Under the pieces are notes generated by a model, which was given only the letters and a program-made list of their open reading frames with translations, ran no database searches and was not told the DNA's origin. From Aequorivita sp. HC6-5 (GTDB lineage Bacteria; Bacteroidota; Bacteroidia; Flavobacteriales; Flavobacteriaceae), in assembly GCA_905182755.1 (NCBI GenBank), contig CAJJCS010000001.1, positions 12,945-76,944 of the forward strand: a stretch of 64,000 nt of DNA, read 5' to 3'. This document shows, piece by piece, positions 38,501 through 53,000 of the stretch; within the stretch, counting starts at the first letter, position 1; each line of letters starts with the position of its first letter. The translations under genes were made by a program, and so were the position numbers.

Positions 38501-41500
38501 ATCACAACAGTGCAGCAGATGCCGCAGCAGACCTAGCTGCCATTACTACACCTACTGCGTATTTAATTACAGGCACAGTAGAGGAGATTTTTGTACGTAT
38601 AGAGGATAGCACTGGTACTTGTTTTGCTACAGATTCTTTTTTCCTCAACTTTTTTCCAATCAGTGTAGACTTAGGATTGGATCTTCAGACGTGTACTACA
38701 GATGATATTTTATTAACGGCCGATACAGCTGGTGCAGTAGGACTTTTTTACCAGTGGTTTTTCAATGGTGTTTCCCAGGGTCCAAGTACTATTGATGATA
38801 GTACATTTACAGTTACTGCTCCAAACTCAGGAACATATAGTGTAGAGGTTTTTAATTCTTTAGACACTAGCTGTATTGTTATAGATTCTGTAGAAGTTTT
38901 ATATAAGGATCAGCCTATAGCCAATGCGCCTGATTGATTTATTTCAGTGTGATGATGGTGTAAACGCTGGTATTTTCGATTTAACGGTCAATGACGCTGT
39001 TGTATTGGGCGCTCAAGACCCAACAGATTATGTTATTAGCTATCACAACAGTGCAGCAGATGCCGCAGCAGACCTAGCTGCCATTACTACACCTACTGCG
39101 TATTTAATTACAGGCACAGTAGAGGAGATTTTTGTACGTATAGAGGATAGTACGGGTACTTGTTTTGCTACAGATTCTTTTTTCCTCAACTTTTTTCCAA
39201 TCAGTGTAGACTTAGGATTGGATCTTCAGACGTGTACTACAGATGATATTTTATTAACGGCCGATACAGCTGGTGCAGTAGGACTTTTTTACCAGTGGTT
39301 TTTCAATGGTGTTTCCCAGGGTCCAAGTACTATTGATGATAGTACATTTACAGTTACTGCTCCAAACTCAGGAACATATAGTGTAGAGGTTTTTAATTCT
39401 TTAGACACTAGCTGTATTGTTATAGATTCTGTAGAAGTTTTATATAAGGATCAGCCTATAGCCAATGCGCCTGATGATTTATTTCAGTGTGATGATGGTG
39501 TAAACGCAGGTATTTTCGATTTAACGGTCAATGACGCTGTTGTATTGGGCGCTCAAGACCCAGCAGATTATGTTATTAGCTATCACAACAGTGCAGCAGA
39601 TGCCGCAGCAGACCTAGCTGCCATTACTACACCTACTGCGTATTTAATTACAGGCACAGTAGAGGAGATTTTTGTACGTATAGAGGATAGCACGGGTACT
39701 TGTTTTGCTACAGATTCTTTTTTCCTCAACTTTTTTCCAATCAGTGTAGACTTAGGATTGGATCTTCAGACGTGTACTACAGATGATATTTTATTAACGG
39801 CCGATACAGCTGGTGCAGTAGGACTTTTTTACCAGTGGTTTTTCAATGGTGTTTCCCAGGGTCCAAGTACTATTGATGATAGTACATTTACAGTTACTGC
39901 TCCAAACTCAGGAACATATAGTGTAGAGGTTTTTAATTCTTTAGACACTAGCTGTATTGTTATAGATTCTGTAGAAGTTTTATATAAGGATCAGCCTATA
40001 GCCAATGCGCCTGATGATTTATTTCAGTGTGATGATGGTGTAAACGCAGGTATTTTCGATTTAACGGTCAATGACGCTGTTGTATTGGGCGCTCAAGACC
40101 CAGCAGATTATGTTATTAGCTATCACAACAGTGCAGCAGATGCCGCAGCAGACCTAGCTGCCATTACTACACCTACTGCGTATTTAATTACAGGCACAGT
40201 AGAGGAGATTTTTGTACGTATAGAGGATAGCACTGGTACTTGTTTTGCTACAGATTCTTTTTTCCTTAACTTTTTTCCAATCAGTGTAGACTTAGGATTG
40301 GATCTTCAGACGTGTACTACAGATGATATTTTATTAACGGCCGATACAGCTGGTGCAGTAGGACTTTTTTACCAGTGGTTTTTCAATGGTGTTTCCCAGG
40401 GTCCAAGTACTATTGATGATAGTACATTTACAGTTACTGCTCCAAACTCAGGAACATATAGTGTAGAGGTTTTTAATTCTTTAGACACTAGCTGTATTGT
40501 TATAGATTCTGTAGAAGTTTTATATAAGGATCAGCCTATAGCCAATGCGCCTGATTGATTTATTTCAGTGTGATGATGGTGTAAACGCTGGTATTTTCGA
40601 TTTAACGGTCAATGACGCTGTTGTATTGGGCGCTCAAGACCCAGCAGATTATGTTATTAGCTATCACAACAGTGCAGCAGATGCCGCAGCAGACCTAGCT
40701 GCCATTACTACACCTACTGCGTATTTAATTACAGGCACAGTAGAGGAGATTTTTGTACGTATAGAGGATAGTACGGGTACTTGTTTTGCTACAGATTCTT
40801 TTTTCCTCAACTTTTTTCCAATCAGTGTAGACTTAGGATTGGATCTTCAGACGTGTACTACAGATGATATTTTATTAACGGCCGATACAGCTGGTGCAGT
40901 AGGACTTTTTTACCAGTGGTTTTTCAATGGTGTTTCCCAGGGTCCAAGTACTATTGATGATAGTACATTTACAGTTACTGCTCCAAACTCAGGAACATAT
41001 AGTGTAGAGGTTTTTAATTCTTTAGACACTAGCTGTATTGTTATAGATTCTGTAGAAGTTTTATATAAGGATCAGCCTATAGCCAATGCGCCTGATGATT
41101 TATTTCAGTGTGATGATGGTGTAAACGCAGGTATTTTCGATTTAACGGTCAATGACGCTGTTGTATTGGGCGCTCAAGACCCAGCAGATTATGTTATTAG
41201 CTATCACAACAGTGCAGCAGATGCCGCAGCAGACCTAGCTGCCATTACTACACCTACTGCGTATTTAATTACAGGCACAGTAGAGGAGATTTTTGTACGT
41301 ATAGAGGATAGTACGGGTACTTGTTTTGCTACAGATTCTTTTTTCCTCAACTTTTTTCCAATCAGTGTAGACTTAGGATTGGATCTTCAGACGTGTACTA
41401 CAGATGATATTTTATTAACGGCCGATACAGCTGGTGCAGTAGGACTTTTTTACCAGTGGTTTTTCAATGGTGTTTCCCAGGGTCCAAGTACTATTGATGA

Positions 41501-44500
41501 TAGTACATTTACAGTTACTGCTCCAAACTCAGGAACATATAGTGTAGAGGTTTTTAATTCTTTAGACACTAGCTGTATTGTTATAGATTCTGTAGAAGTT
41601 TTATATAAGGATCAGCCTATAGCCAATGCGCCTGATGATTTATTTCAGTGTGATGATGGTGTAAACGCAGGTATTTTCGATTTAACGGTCAATGACGCTG
41701 TTGTATTGGGCGCTCAAGACCCAGCAGATTATGTTATTAGCTATCACAACAGTGCAGCAGATGCCGCAGCAGACCTAGCTGCCATTACTACACCTACTGC
41801 GTATTTAATTACAGGCACAGTAGAGGAGATTTTTGTACGTATAGAGGATAGCACTGGTACTTGTTTTGCTACAGATTCTTTTTTCCTCAACTTTTTTCCA
41901 ATCAGTGTAGACTTAGGATTGGATCTTCAGACGTGTACTACAGATGATATTTTATTAACGGCCGATACAGCTGGTGCAGTAGGACTTTTTTACCAGTGGT
42001 TTTTCAATGGTGTTTCCCAGGGTCCAAGTACTATTGATGATAGTACATTTACAGTTACTGCTCCAAACTCAGGAACATATAGTGTAGAGGTTTTTAATTC
42101 TTTAGACACTAGCTGTATTGTTATAGATTCTGTAGAAGTTTTATATAAGGATCAGCCTATAGCCAATGCGCCTGTTGATTTATTTCAGTGTGATGATGGT
42201 GTAAACGCTGGTATTTTCGATTTAACGGTCAATGACGCTGTTGTATTGGGCGCTCAAGACCCAGCAGATTATGTTATTAGCTATCACAACAGTGCAGCAG
42301 ATGCCGCAGCAGACCTAGCTGCCATTACTACACCTACTGCGTATTTAATTACAGGCACAGTAGAGGAGATTTTTGTACGTATAGAGGATAGTACTGGTAC
42401 TTGTTTTGCTACAGATTCTTTTTTCCTCAACTTTTTTCCAATCAGTGTAGACTTAGGATTGGATCTTCAGACGTGTACTACAGATGATATTTTATTAACG
42501 GCCGATACAGCTGGTGCAGTAGGACTTTTTTACCAGTGGTTTTTCAATGGTGTTTCCCAGGGTCCAAGTACTATTGATGATAGTACATTTACAGTTACTG
42601 CTCCAAACTCAGGAACATATAGTGTAGAGGTTTTTAATTCTTTAGACACTAGCTGTATTGTTATAGATTCTGTAGAAGTTTTATATAAGGATCAGCCTAT
42701 AGCCAATGCGCCTGATGATTTATTTCAGTGTGATGATGGTGTAAACGCAGGTATTTTCGATTTAACGGTCAATGACGCTGTTGTATTGGGCGCTCAAGAC
42801 CCAGCAGATTATGTTATTAGCTATCACAACAGTGCAGCAGATGCCGCAGCAGACCTAGCTGCCATTACTACACCTACTGCGTATTTAATTACAGGCACAG
42901 TAGAGGAGATTTTTGTACGTATAGAGGATAGTACGGGTACTTGTTTTGCTACAGATTCTTTTTTCCTCAACTTTTTTCCAATCAGTGTAGACTTAGGATT
43001 GGATCTTCAGACGTGTACTACAGATGATATTTTATTAACGGCCGATACAGCTGGTGCAGTAGGACTTTTTTACCAGTGGTTTTTCAATGGTGTTTCCCAG
43101 GGTCCAAGTACTATTGATGATAGTACATTTACAGTTACTGCTCCAAACTCAGGAACATATAGTGTAGAGGTTTTTAATTCTTTAGACACTAGCTGTATTG
43201 TTATAGATTCTGTAGAAGTTTTATATAAGGATCAGCCTATAGCCAATGCGCCTGATGATTTATTTCAGTGTGATGATGGTGTAAACGCAGGTATTTTCGA
43301 TTTAACGGTCAATGACGCTGTTGTATTGGGCGCTCAAGACCCAGCAGATTATGTTATTAGCTATCACAACAGTGCAGCAGATGCCGCAGCAGACCTAGCT
43401 GCCATTACTACACCTACTGCGTATTTAATTACAGGCACAGTAGAGGAGATTTTTGTACGTATAGAGGATAGTACGGGTACTTGTTTTGCTACAGATTCTT
43501 TTTTCCTCAACTTTTTTCCAATCAGTGTAGACTTAGGATTGGATCTTCAGACGTGTACTACAGATGATATTTTATTAACGGCCGATACAGCTGGTGCAGT
43601 AGGACTTTTTTACCAGTGGTTTTTCAATGGTGTTTCCCAGGGTCCAAGTACTATTGATGATAGTACATTTACAGTTACTGCTCCAAACTCAGGAACATAT
43701 AGTGTAGAGGTTTTTAATTCTTTAGACACTAGCTGTATTGTTATAGATTCTGTAGAAGTTTTATATAAGGATCAGCCTATAGCCAATGCGCCTGTTGATT
43801 TATTTCAGTGTGATGATGGAGTAAACGCTGGTATTTTCGATTTAACTATAAATGACGCTGTTGTATTGGGCGCTCAAGACCCAGCAGATTATGTTATTAG
43901 CTATCACAACAGTGCAGCAGATGCCGCAGCAGACCTAGCTGCCATTACTACACCTACTGCGTATTTAATTACAGGCACAGTAGAGGAGATTTTTGTACGT
44001 ATAGAGGATAGCACTGGTACTTGTTTTGCTACAGATTCTTTTTTCCTTAACTTTTTTCCAATCAGTGTAGACTTAGGATTGGATCTTCAGACGTGTACTA
44101 CAGATGATATTTTATTAACGGCCGATACAGCTGGTGCAGTAGGACTTTTTTACCAGTGGTTTTTCAATGGTGTTTCCCAGGGTCCAAGTACTATTGATGA
44201 TAGTACATTTACAGTTACTGCTCCAAACTCAGGAACATATAGTGTAGAGGTTTTTAATTCTTTAGACACTAGCTGTATTGTTATAGATTCTGTAGAAGTT
44301 TTATATAAGGATCAGCCTATAGCCAATGCGCCTGATGATTTATTTCAGTGTGATGATGGTGTAAACGCAGGTATTTTCGATTTAACGGTCAATGACGCTG
44401 TTGTATTGGGCGCTCAAGACCCAGCAGATTATGTTATTAGCTATCACAACAGTGCAGCAGATGCCGCAGCAGACCTAGCTGCCATTACTACACCTACTGC

Positions 44501-47500
44501 GTATTTAATTACAGGCACAGTAGAGGAGATTTTTGTACGTATAGAGGATAGTACGGGTACTTGTTTTGCTACAGATTCTTTTTTCCTCAACTTTTTTCCA
44601 ATCAGTGTAGACTTAGGATTGGATCTTCAGACGTGTACTACAGATGATATTTTATTAACGGCCGATACAGCTGGTGCAGTAGGACTTTTTTACCAGTGGT
44701 TTTTCAATGGTGTTTCCCAGGGTCCAAGTACTATTGATGATAGTACATTTACAGTTACTGCTCCAAACTCAGGAACATATAGTGTAGAGGTTTTTAATTC
44801 TTTAGACACTAGCTGTATTGTTATAGATTCTGTAGAAGTTTTATATAAGGATCAGCCTATAGCCAATGCGCCTGATGATTTATTTCAGTGTGATGATGGT
44901 GTAAACGCAGGTATTTTCGATTTAACGGTCAATGACGCTGTTGTATTGGGCGCTCAAGACCCAGCAGATTATGTTATTAGCTATCACAACAGTGCAGCAG
45001 ATGCCGCAGCAGACCTAGCTGCCATTACTACACCTACTGCGTATTTAATTACAGGCACAGTAGAGGAGATTTTTGTACGTATAGAGGATAGTACGGGTAC
45101 TTGTTTTGCTACAGATTCTTTTTTCCTCAACTTTTTTCCAATCAGTGTAGACTTAGGATTGGATCTTCAGACGTGTACTACAGATGATATTTTATTAACG
45201 GCCGATACAGCTGGTGCAGTAGGACTTTTTTACCAGTGGTTTTTCAATGGTGTTTCCCAGGGTCCAAGTACTATTGATGATAGTACATTTACAGTTACTG
45301 CTCCAAACTCAGGAACATATAGTGTAGAGGTTTTTAATTCTTTAGACACTAGCTGTATTGTTATAGATTCTGTAGAAGTTTTATATAAGGATCAGCCTAT
45401 AGCCAATGCGCCTGTTGATTTATTTCAGTGTGATGATGGAGTAAACGCTGGTATTTTCGATTTAACGGTCAATGACGCTGTTGTATTGGGCGCTCAAGAC
45501 CCAGCAGATTATGTTATTAGCTATCACAACAGTGCAGCAGATGCCGCAGCAGACCTAGCTGCCATTACTACACCTACTGCGTATTTAATTACAGGCACAG
45601 TAGAGGAGATTTTTGTACGTATAGAGGATAGCACTGGTACTTGTTTTGCTACAGATTCTTTTTTCCTCAACTTTTTCATAACTATTGATACCATTCCAAC
45701 CAAGTATAACATTTGTGATATACTTCCCAATGATGGTTTTGGTATTTTCGATTTAACCACTAAAGATTTGGAGATCACCGGAGGTAACCCAGATGCAGTA
45801 GTGTCTTACTATCTTACTTTTGCTCAGGCTCTTGCAGGAACTCCTGCTATTGCTCCTGCCGATGCATTTATTAATACAGTACAAGGTTTTCAAGTAGTAT
45901 ATGCCCGTGTAGATAATATAAACGCCACGGATTGTTCTAACATTGTACCCTTAGAGTTGCAGGTTAATGATGCTCCTGCCATTACAGATCCAATTACTGA
46001 TTATTTTGTGTGTGATTTGGACGGTAACGGTATTGAGACTTTTGATTTAACGAGCAAGGATCAGGAGATTTTAAATTCCTTTGGTTGATGTTACTTTAAG
46101 CTATCATGAGAATTTTGCAGATGCAGAAGCTGGGTTATTTCCTATCACTCCTGCCACGGGGTATGTAAGTCCTTCTGCTACTATTTGGGTACGCGCTGTA
46201 AACTATGAGGATGGAGATATTTCTAATGCTGCTTTGTGTGTTACTATAGGACAGTTTGATTTAATTTTAGGAGAGACTCCTTCTTTTAATATTATCCCAG
46301 AGATTGTAGCGTGTGATGATGAGATTGCTGATGGTATTACTGAGTTTGATTTAAACAGTTACAATGAGATTATCACCGGTGGTAATCCAGATGTTACTGT
46401 CACGTATCATGCCACCCAGGAGTTTGCCCAAGACGGTATTCCTGCCTTGCCTGTATTTTACACCAACACGACCAACCCTGAAGATATTTGGGTACGTGTT
46501 AGTGATGTAAGTGGTTGTTATGGTATTTTCATGAGTTCTTTGGTTGTTGTGCCTCGTCCAGAGATACTTGAGCCATTGCCACTTATATACTGTGATGATG
46601 ACAACGATGGTTTTGGGACCTTTATATTAACGGATGCCGATGAGCAGGTAGTAGGAGGTAACCCAGCGGGTAACCTAGTTGTTAGTTACCATGTTACTTT
46701 ATCTGATGCTATAAACGGGGTATTGCCTTTAGTTAGTCCTTATGATAATGAGGTTCCTTTTGATCAGATTATCTATGTTCGATTGTTTGATATTGCTTCG
46801 GGATGTTATAACACCACGATTCTGCATTTACTAGTAGAGGAGCGTCCAGCCATTACCGACCCACAGCCTTTGGTTGTTTGTGATACAGATGGAGACGGCA
46901 TTGCTGTTTTTAATTTAACCTCTGCAGAGCCTGATATGCTTCAAGGCTTAACGGGCGGCCCTTATGTTGTGTCTTACTTTACAGACATGGCGATGACTAG
47001 TGCTATTGTGAACCCTTTTAGTTTCAGCAATAGTGTGAACCCTCAGACGATATATGTTACTGTTAGTGATACCAATAATGATTGTGAGAGTTTAACTACC
47101 TTAGAGCTACGTGTTGAGATCCCGCCACTGCTTATCAATCCAACGCCACTGGAGCTTTGCGACCAGACCGATATTCTAGGGCCTGATGATGAGCTGGAGA
47201 TTTTTGATTTAACCAGTAGGATAGCAGAGATAACAGGCGGAGATTTAAGTGTATCTGTTAGCTTTTTTGAGAGTTTTGCAGATTTGCAAGCAAACACCAA
47301 CGCTATTGCAGCTCCAACAGCCTACCAAAATATAATTGGTGGTGTTGTTCAAAACCCTCAGACTATATGGATACGCGCCCAGGATGTAAACACCTCTTGT
47401 GTTATCGATACAGGTGTTGTAACCTTAGATTTGATTGTAAATCCACTTCCTTCACCAATACTACCAACGCCACTGGAGATTTGTGATATAGACAATGATG

Positions 47501-49995
47501 GTTTTGGCGAGTTTACCTTGACCGATAAAGATATTGAGATTATTGGCGGTGAGCCAGGAGTTATCGTTAGCTATCACGAGACGTTGAGTGATGCTCAGAA
47601 TAACATATTCCCAATAGGGAGTCCTTACCAAAATATAGTAGCCGATCTTACAGTTTGTTTATGTACGTGCTACCTATGATGATGTTCCTCCTGCGTTAGG
47701 TACAGGTTGCTGGCGTGTTGTCAAGCTAGAGCTTGTTGTAAACCCAACACCTATCGTACCGATAGATTTAGAACCAATTATAGCCTGTGATCCAGATATG
47801 GATGGTTTTGAGGTGTTTGATCTCACCCAACGCGCAGCTATCATTTACGGTACTCAGGATGTAAGTCAGTACTCGTTAAGTTACTATTTAAGTGAGGTAG
47901 ATGCCACAGCAGGCACCCCAGCTATTGCAAGTCCAAACACTTTTACCAATACTGTTACACCATTACAAACTATTTGGATCCGTTTGGAGAATGTAGATAG
48001 TGGCTGTTTTAAGTTGGGTAGTTTTGATATCCAGGTTGTTGATGGCCCCGAGGTTATACAACCCAACGCGTTTAACAAGTGTGATGATTTGGGAGAACCC
48101 TTTGATGGTATTACGACCTTTGATTTAACAACTCAGGATGCTATTATTACAGCAGGCGAGCCGTCTGTAGGAGTACAGTATTATGAGACCCTTGCCAACG
48201 CGCAGGCAGATATTGATGCTATTAACCCTGCCACGGCGTATGTAAACCAGGTAAACTTGCAAACGATTTATGTTCGTGTTACCGATGGTAATAGTTTATG
48301 TGTAGATACAAGTGTTACCCTTACCCTAAGGGTATTGCCAAACCCTCAGCCAGAACAGCCAGATCCTATTGCGCTTTGTGATACAGATGGTGATGGTCTT
48401 GAGGTGTTTGATTTAACCATTAGAGCTGCACAGATTTTAGATGGTGAGACGTATGATTTACTATACTATGAGACAGAGCTGTTAGCTATAGACGGCGCGC
48501 CAGGCACACAGATAGTAGACCCCGCGGCGTATACCAATACTAGTAACCCTCAGGATATTTACATACGTGTTACCAACCCTGGTTCAGACGCTTTGTGTTT
48601 TGAGATAGTTGTTTTAACGATATCTGTAAACACGCTTCCAGATGATGGTGTTTTATTGGATGATTATGAGATCTGTGAGCTTCCCTTTGATGGTATTTCT
48701 ATTTTTGATTTAACGACAAAGATTCCAGAGATATTGGTTGGTCAGGATATGGTTAACAATGTGGTTAGTTTTTATGTCACCCCGGCAGATGCTACAGCAG
48801 GTGTAAACCCAATTCCAATACCTACCACGTACCAAAACATCACTAATCCTCAGGCTATCTATGTAGGTATTACTAATACGGCTACGGGATGTTATATAGG
48901 CGGCGTTCAGTTTTTCAACATTGAGGTGAAGCCAGGAGCTACAGCTACAGCGCCATTGCTTGCTTACACCTTGTGTGATCAAGAGGGAGAAAATGACGGT
49001 TTTACAAGTTTTGATTTAACCCTTCAGAGTTTATTGGATGAGATTTTAAATGGTCAAGACCCTTTAGATTATCTATTGACCTTCCACGAGACATTAGCCA
49101 ATGCTATGGACGCAGAGAATCCTTTGGGAGCTAGTTATACCAATATTATCAACCCTCAGATTATTTATGCAAGGGTAGAGAACGCATCTTCTGGCTGTTA
49201 TGATGTTGTAGAAGTAATCTTGAAGGTAAATCAATTACCGGTAATTACCCTAGAGGAGAGTTATAGATTGTGTGTTGATCAAAATGGTCTTCCTATTGCC
49301 TCAGACCAGGGAGCAGCCTCACCACCAGTTATAGATACAGCTCTAGATGATGCGTTGTATAGCTTTGAGTGGAGTATAGATGGTGTTATTCAAGTAGGAG
49401 AGAGTGGCGCTAGTATTATAGCCACTACAGGCGGGGTGTATCAGGTAAATATTACACAGTTATCAAGTGGCTGCCAGACAGTAGTTAGTACTACGGTAAC
49501 GGTATCACAGGCTCCGGTTACGTGGAGTTTTAATTTACTTAACGGGGCTTTTGCAGATAACCACAGTGTAGAGATATTGGCCGAGGGTCTTGGCGAGTAT
49601 GTGTATAGTATAGATGGCGGACCCTTCCAGGAGAGTAATGTGTTTAGTAATGTATCTCCAGGGGTGCATACTATTACCATAAAAGATGCCAATGGTTGTG
49701 GAGAGGTTAGCTTTGATATAGGCGTTGTAGATTACCCTGATTACTTTACACCCAATAACGATGGATACCACGATACTTGGAATATAATAGGTATTGCAGA
49801 GTTTGATGCACGGCAAATATTTACATCTTTGACCGCTACGGGAAACTGCTCAAGCAAATTAGTCCACTGTCGCCAGGATGGGATGGAACCTATAACGGTA
49901 ATGCATTACCATCGAGTGATTATTGGTTTAGAGTAGAGTACACAGAACAAGGAATACAGAAAGAGATTAGAGGACATTTCAGTTTGAAGAGATAG
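35514..49995 (+). CDS. Giant T9SS type-B CTD surface protein 2 (~4830 aa; multiple frameshifts)
   Basis: Signal peptide (IYS-Q), paralogous NIDO-like tip, 17 x 180-aa repeats, shared stalk, GHFSLKR* ending 49995 in a shifted frame. Confidence 0.9.
36499..45680 (+). repeat. Tandem array of 17 near-identical 540-bp coding units
   Basis: ATCAGTGTAGACTTAGG starts at 36499, 37039, 37579, 38119, 38659, 39200, 39740, 40280, 40821, 41361, 41901, 42441, 42981, 43521, 44061, 44601 and 45141. Confidence 0.97.
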
Positions 49996-50015
49996 TAAAT
50001 AGCTATTATTTACAA
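45690..50015 (+). repeat. Shared C-terminal stalk+CTD block, copy 2
   Basis: Near-identical to copies 1 and 3; identity with copy 3 extends 20 nt past the stop (TAAATAGCTATTATTTACAA). Confidence 0.95.
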
Positions 50016-50085
50016 TCTACTATTTATCTAACAAAAGTATAAAAAGCTTAAATTTTTTGTATTTTGCGTGTAAAATTTATTTTGC

Positions 50086-53000
50086 ATGAAAAACCTTTTA
50101 TTTTCAATTGTTTTCTGGCTTTTACCAATTTCTTTAATTTCCCAGGAGCCCATAGAATTATTCCAACAATTTAATGGACAGTATGATTTTACGGCTTTCG
50201 GAAACACACTAAATTTAGCCGAAAATGGAGGGGGAGCAGGTTGTGATATCTTAACTGAAAGTTCTGCAGATTTAAATCTTCTGCCAGGACAAAATATTCT
50301 TGCTGCGCTTTTATATTGGGCCGGATCAGGTACTGGAGATTTTGAGGTACAGCTATCTAGGGGTTTAAATACGACAGCTGTTACTTCTTCAAGAAATTTC
50401 GCTTTAGATTTTCAAGGAAGACTTTTTTTTGGTGCATATGCGGATGTTACAAGTTTTGTTCAAACTGCTGGACAGGGAAATTACACACTTTCTAATTTAG
50501 ATTTGCAAGCTGTCATACAGGGTGAGTATTGCCAAACAGGAACAAATTTTGGAGGTTGGTCTATTGTTGTAATCTATGAAGACTTAACACTTCCACTGAA
50601 TCAAATATCCGTTTTTGATGGTTTTGATTATGTAGCAAATTCAAACCCACAAATTAATTTCACATTAGATAATCTTGATATTGCAAGTTCAGATTTTGCT
50701 AAAATTGGTTTTCTAGCTTGGGAAGGTGATGTAGGGATTGCTAATAATGAAACATTGCGTATCAATGGAACCATTATGAATAACGCATTAAACCCTGGTA
50801 ATAATGCATTTAATGGTACCAATTCATACACTAATTCTTCCGATTTATATAACATGGATTTGGATTTTTATGATGTAGATGGTGTTGTTGCTCCCGGTGA
50901 TACTGATGTTGATATTCAATTAACTTCTAGCCAAGATTTAGTTATTGTGCACAATGTGATAACAAGTGTGAACTCTGAACTACCTGATGCAACAATTGTT
51001 ATTGATCAAATCGGTATTTTGTGTGACAATGGTGATCTCGAAGTAGATTATACTGTATTCAATGTAAACGCTACAGAGCCATTGGCTGCTGGTATTCCAA
51101 TTGCCTTTTATGCAGATGGTTTGTTGGTGGGGCAGTCAATAACACTTACTGAGATTCCAATTGATGGCTTTGAGAGTGGCAGTGTTGTTGTAAATATACC
51201 CATAGGAACCCTGCCTGACCCTTTTACCCTAACTGCCGTTGTGGATGATGATGGAACCGGAACAGGAATTTTAAGTGAAAACAATGAAGATAATAATGAA
51301 TTTGATGTCATTGTACAACTTTCTGAAATAAGTATAAACATTGGAGAAGATATTACCATAGCAAATGGAACTGCTCCTTGTGAAGGGTCAACTGCCACTA
51401 TACAGACCGTTATTGTTTCTGGTACTTCCTATCAATGGTTTGTTTTTGATACAGTAACAGGTACTTTTGTTGTTATTGTTGGTGAAACAGGACCGGTACT
51501 TACTATTAATACTCCTGGTGAATACCGTCTGGAGGTTGTTACCTCTTCTGGTTGTATTGCCTCAGACGAAATAATCGTAGAGTTTTTCCCTTTACCAGAG
51601 CCTGGTGTTCCAGATGCCTTAACTATTTGTGATGATGATAATGATGGGGTTGCCTTATTTACCCTTACCGATGCTGATATTCAAATTATTGCTGGTGCTG
51701 CTGGTGTTTTTGTGCAATATTATGAAACACAAGCCGCCGCCGATACGGGTGATATTACTACTGCTTTAGTTTCACCATATCAAAACACTTCTAATCCTCA
51801 AATTGTTTTTGCTCGTCTTGAAAATGTAGCTGAAGGTTGTTTTGATACTGTTGCTCTTGAGCTTATTGTTTTTGATACTCCTGTTTTTATTGACCCTATT
51901 CCAGATTTTGTGCTGTGTGATGAAGACGCAGATGGATTTACTGTTTTTGATTTATCAAGTTGGGATGCTCAAGTAACACCAACTCCTGTAGATCTTGGAA
52001 TAACTTATTATGAAACCCTTGGTGATGCACAGGCCAATACCAATGAAATTAATCCTGCCAACGCATATACCAATACAAGTTCTCCACAGATTATATTTGT
52101 TCGTCTAGAAAATACAGATGGTTGCTCTGCTATAAGTCAGTTCAACTTAATTGTAAATCCACTTCCTATATACACTACACCCTCTATAGAACCACTTTGT
52201 GATTATGATGGTGTTTTGGATGAGAGTACCGAGTTTGATTTAAGTGAGGTTACCACTATCACCACTGGTGATGATCCTGCTTTTGTTGTTAGCTATCATG
52301 AGAGTCTTTTAGAGGCAGAAGCTGGGACCCCAGTATTACCGCTGTTATATACCAACACTTCTAATCCTCAAACTATTTGGACGCGTATTGCAGACGCAGT
52401 AACAGGGTGCTTTATTATAGACAGCTTTACCTTAACTGTTTTAGATACTCCATTTGCAAACGTTCCTGTTTCTTTAAAGGAGTGTGATACAGATACAGAT
52501 GGTATTGATGAGTTTGATTTAACCCAGGCCGATGCAGATATTATAGGCGGCCAGAGCGATGTTTTTGTAAATTACTATCTTACTTTGGCTTTGGCCGAGG
52601 CTGGAGATCCTGCCACGGCTCTTGCTTCTCCTTATACAAATACCACAAGTCCTCAAACGGTGTATGGAAGGATAGAGAAAACCTTTACGGGCTGTTTTGA
52701 TATTACAGAGTTGGAGCTGATAGTTATACTAGCTGAGCCTTTACCTACCTATGAGCTTTGTGATGATGATGTTGCAGATGGTATTACTGTTTTTGATCTT
52801 ACGCAGTGGGATTTTCAAATTGCTGCAGATCCTACAGGATTAGTAATCACCTATCACGAGACAGCTGCTGCTGCCTCTGCAGGTATTCCATTTATAGATC
52901 CTGCCGAGACCTACACCAATTTATCTAACCCTCAAGGCATGTTTGTAAGGGTTGTTAATACAGATGGTTGTGTTACCATAGGTACTTTTGATTTGTTTGT

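Noticed and set aside
38930-40560. Phase-variable ON/OFF frameshifts in adhesin 2
   Set aside because: They are not in simple-sequence tracts; GATT is the merge of the GAT and GTT variants and falls exactly in the 3-unit phase
36499-45680. CRISPR array or non-coding satellite
   Set aside because: Units are 540 bp, in frame, without spacers, and no cas genes are present
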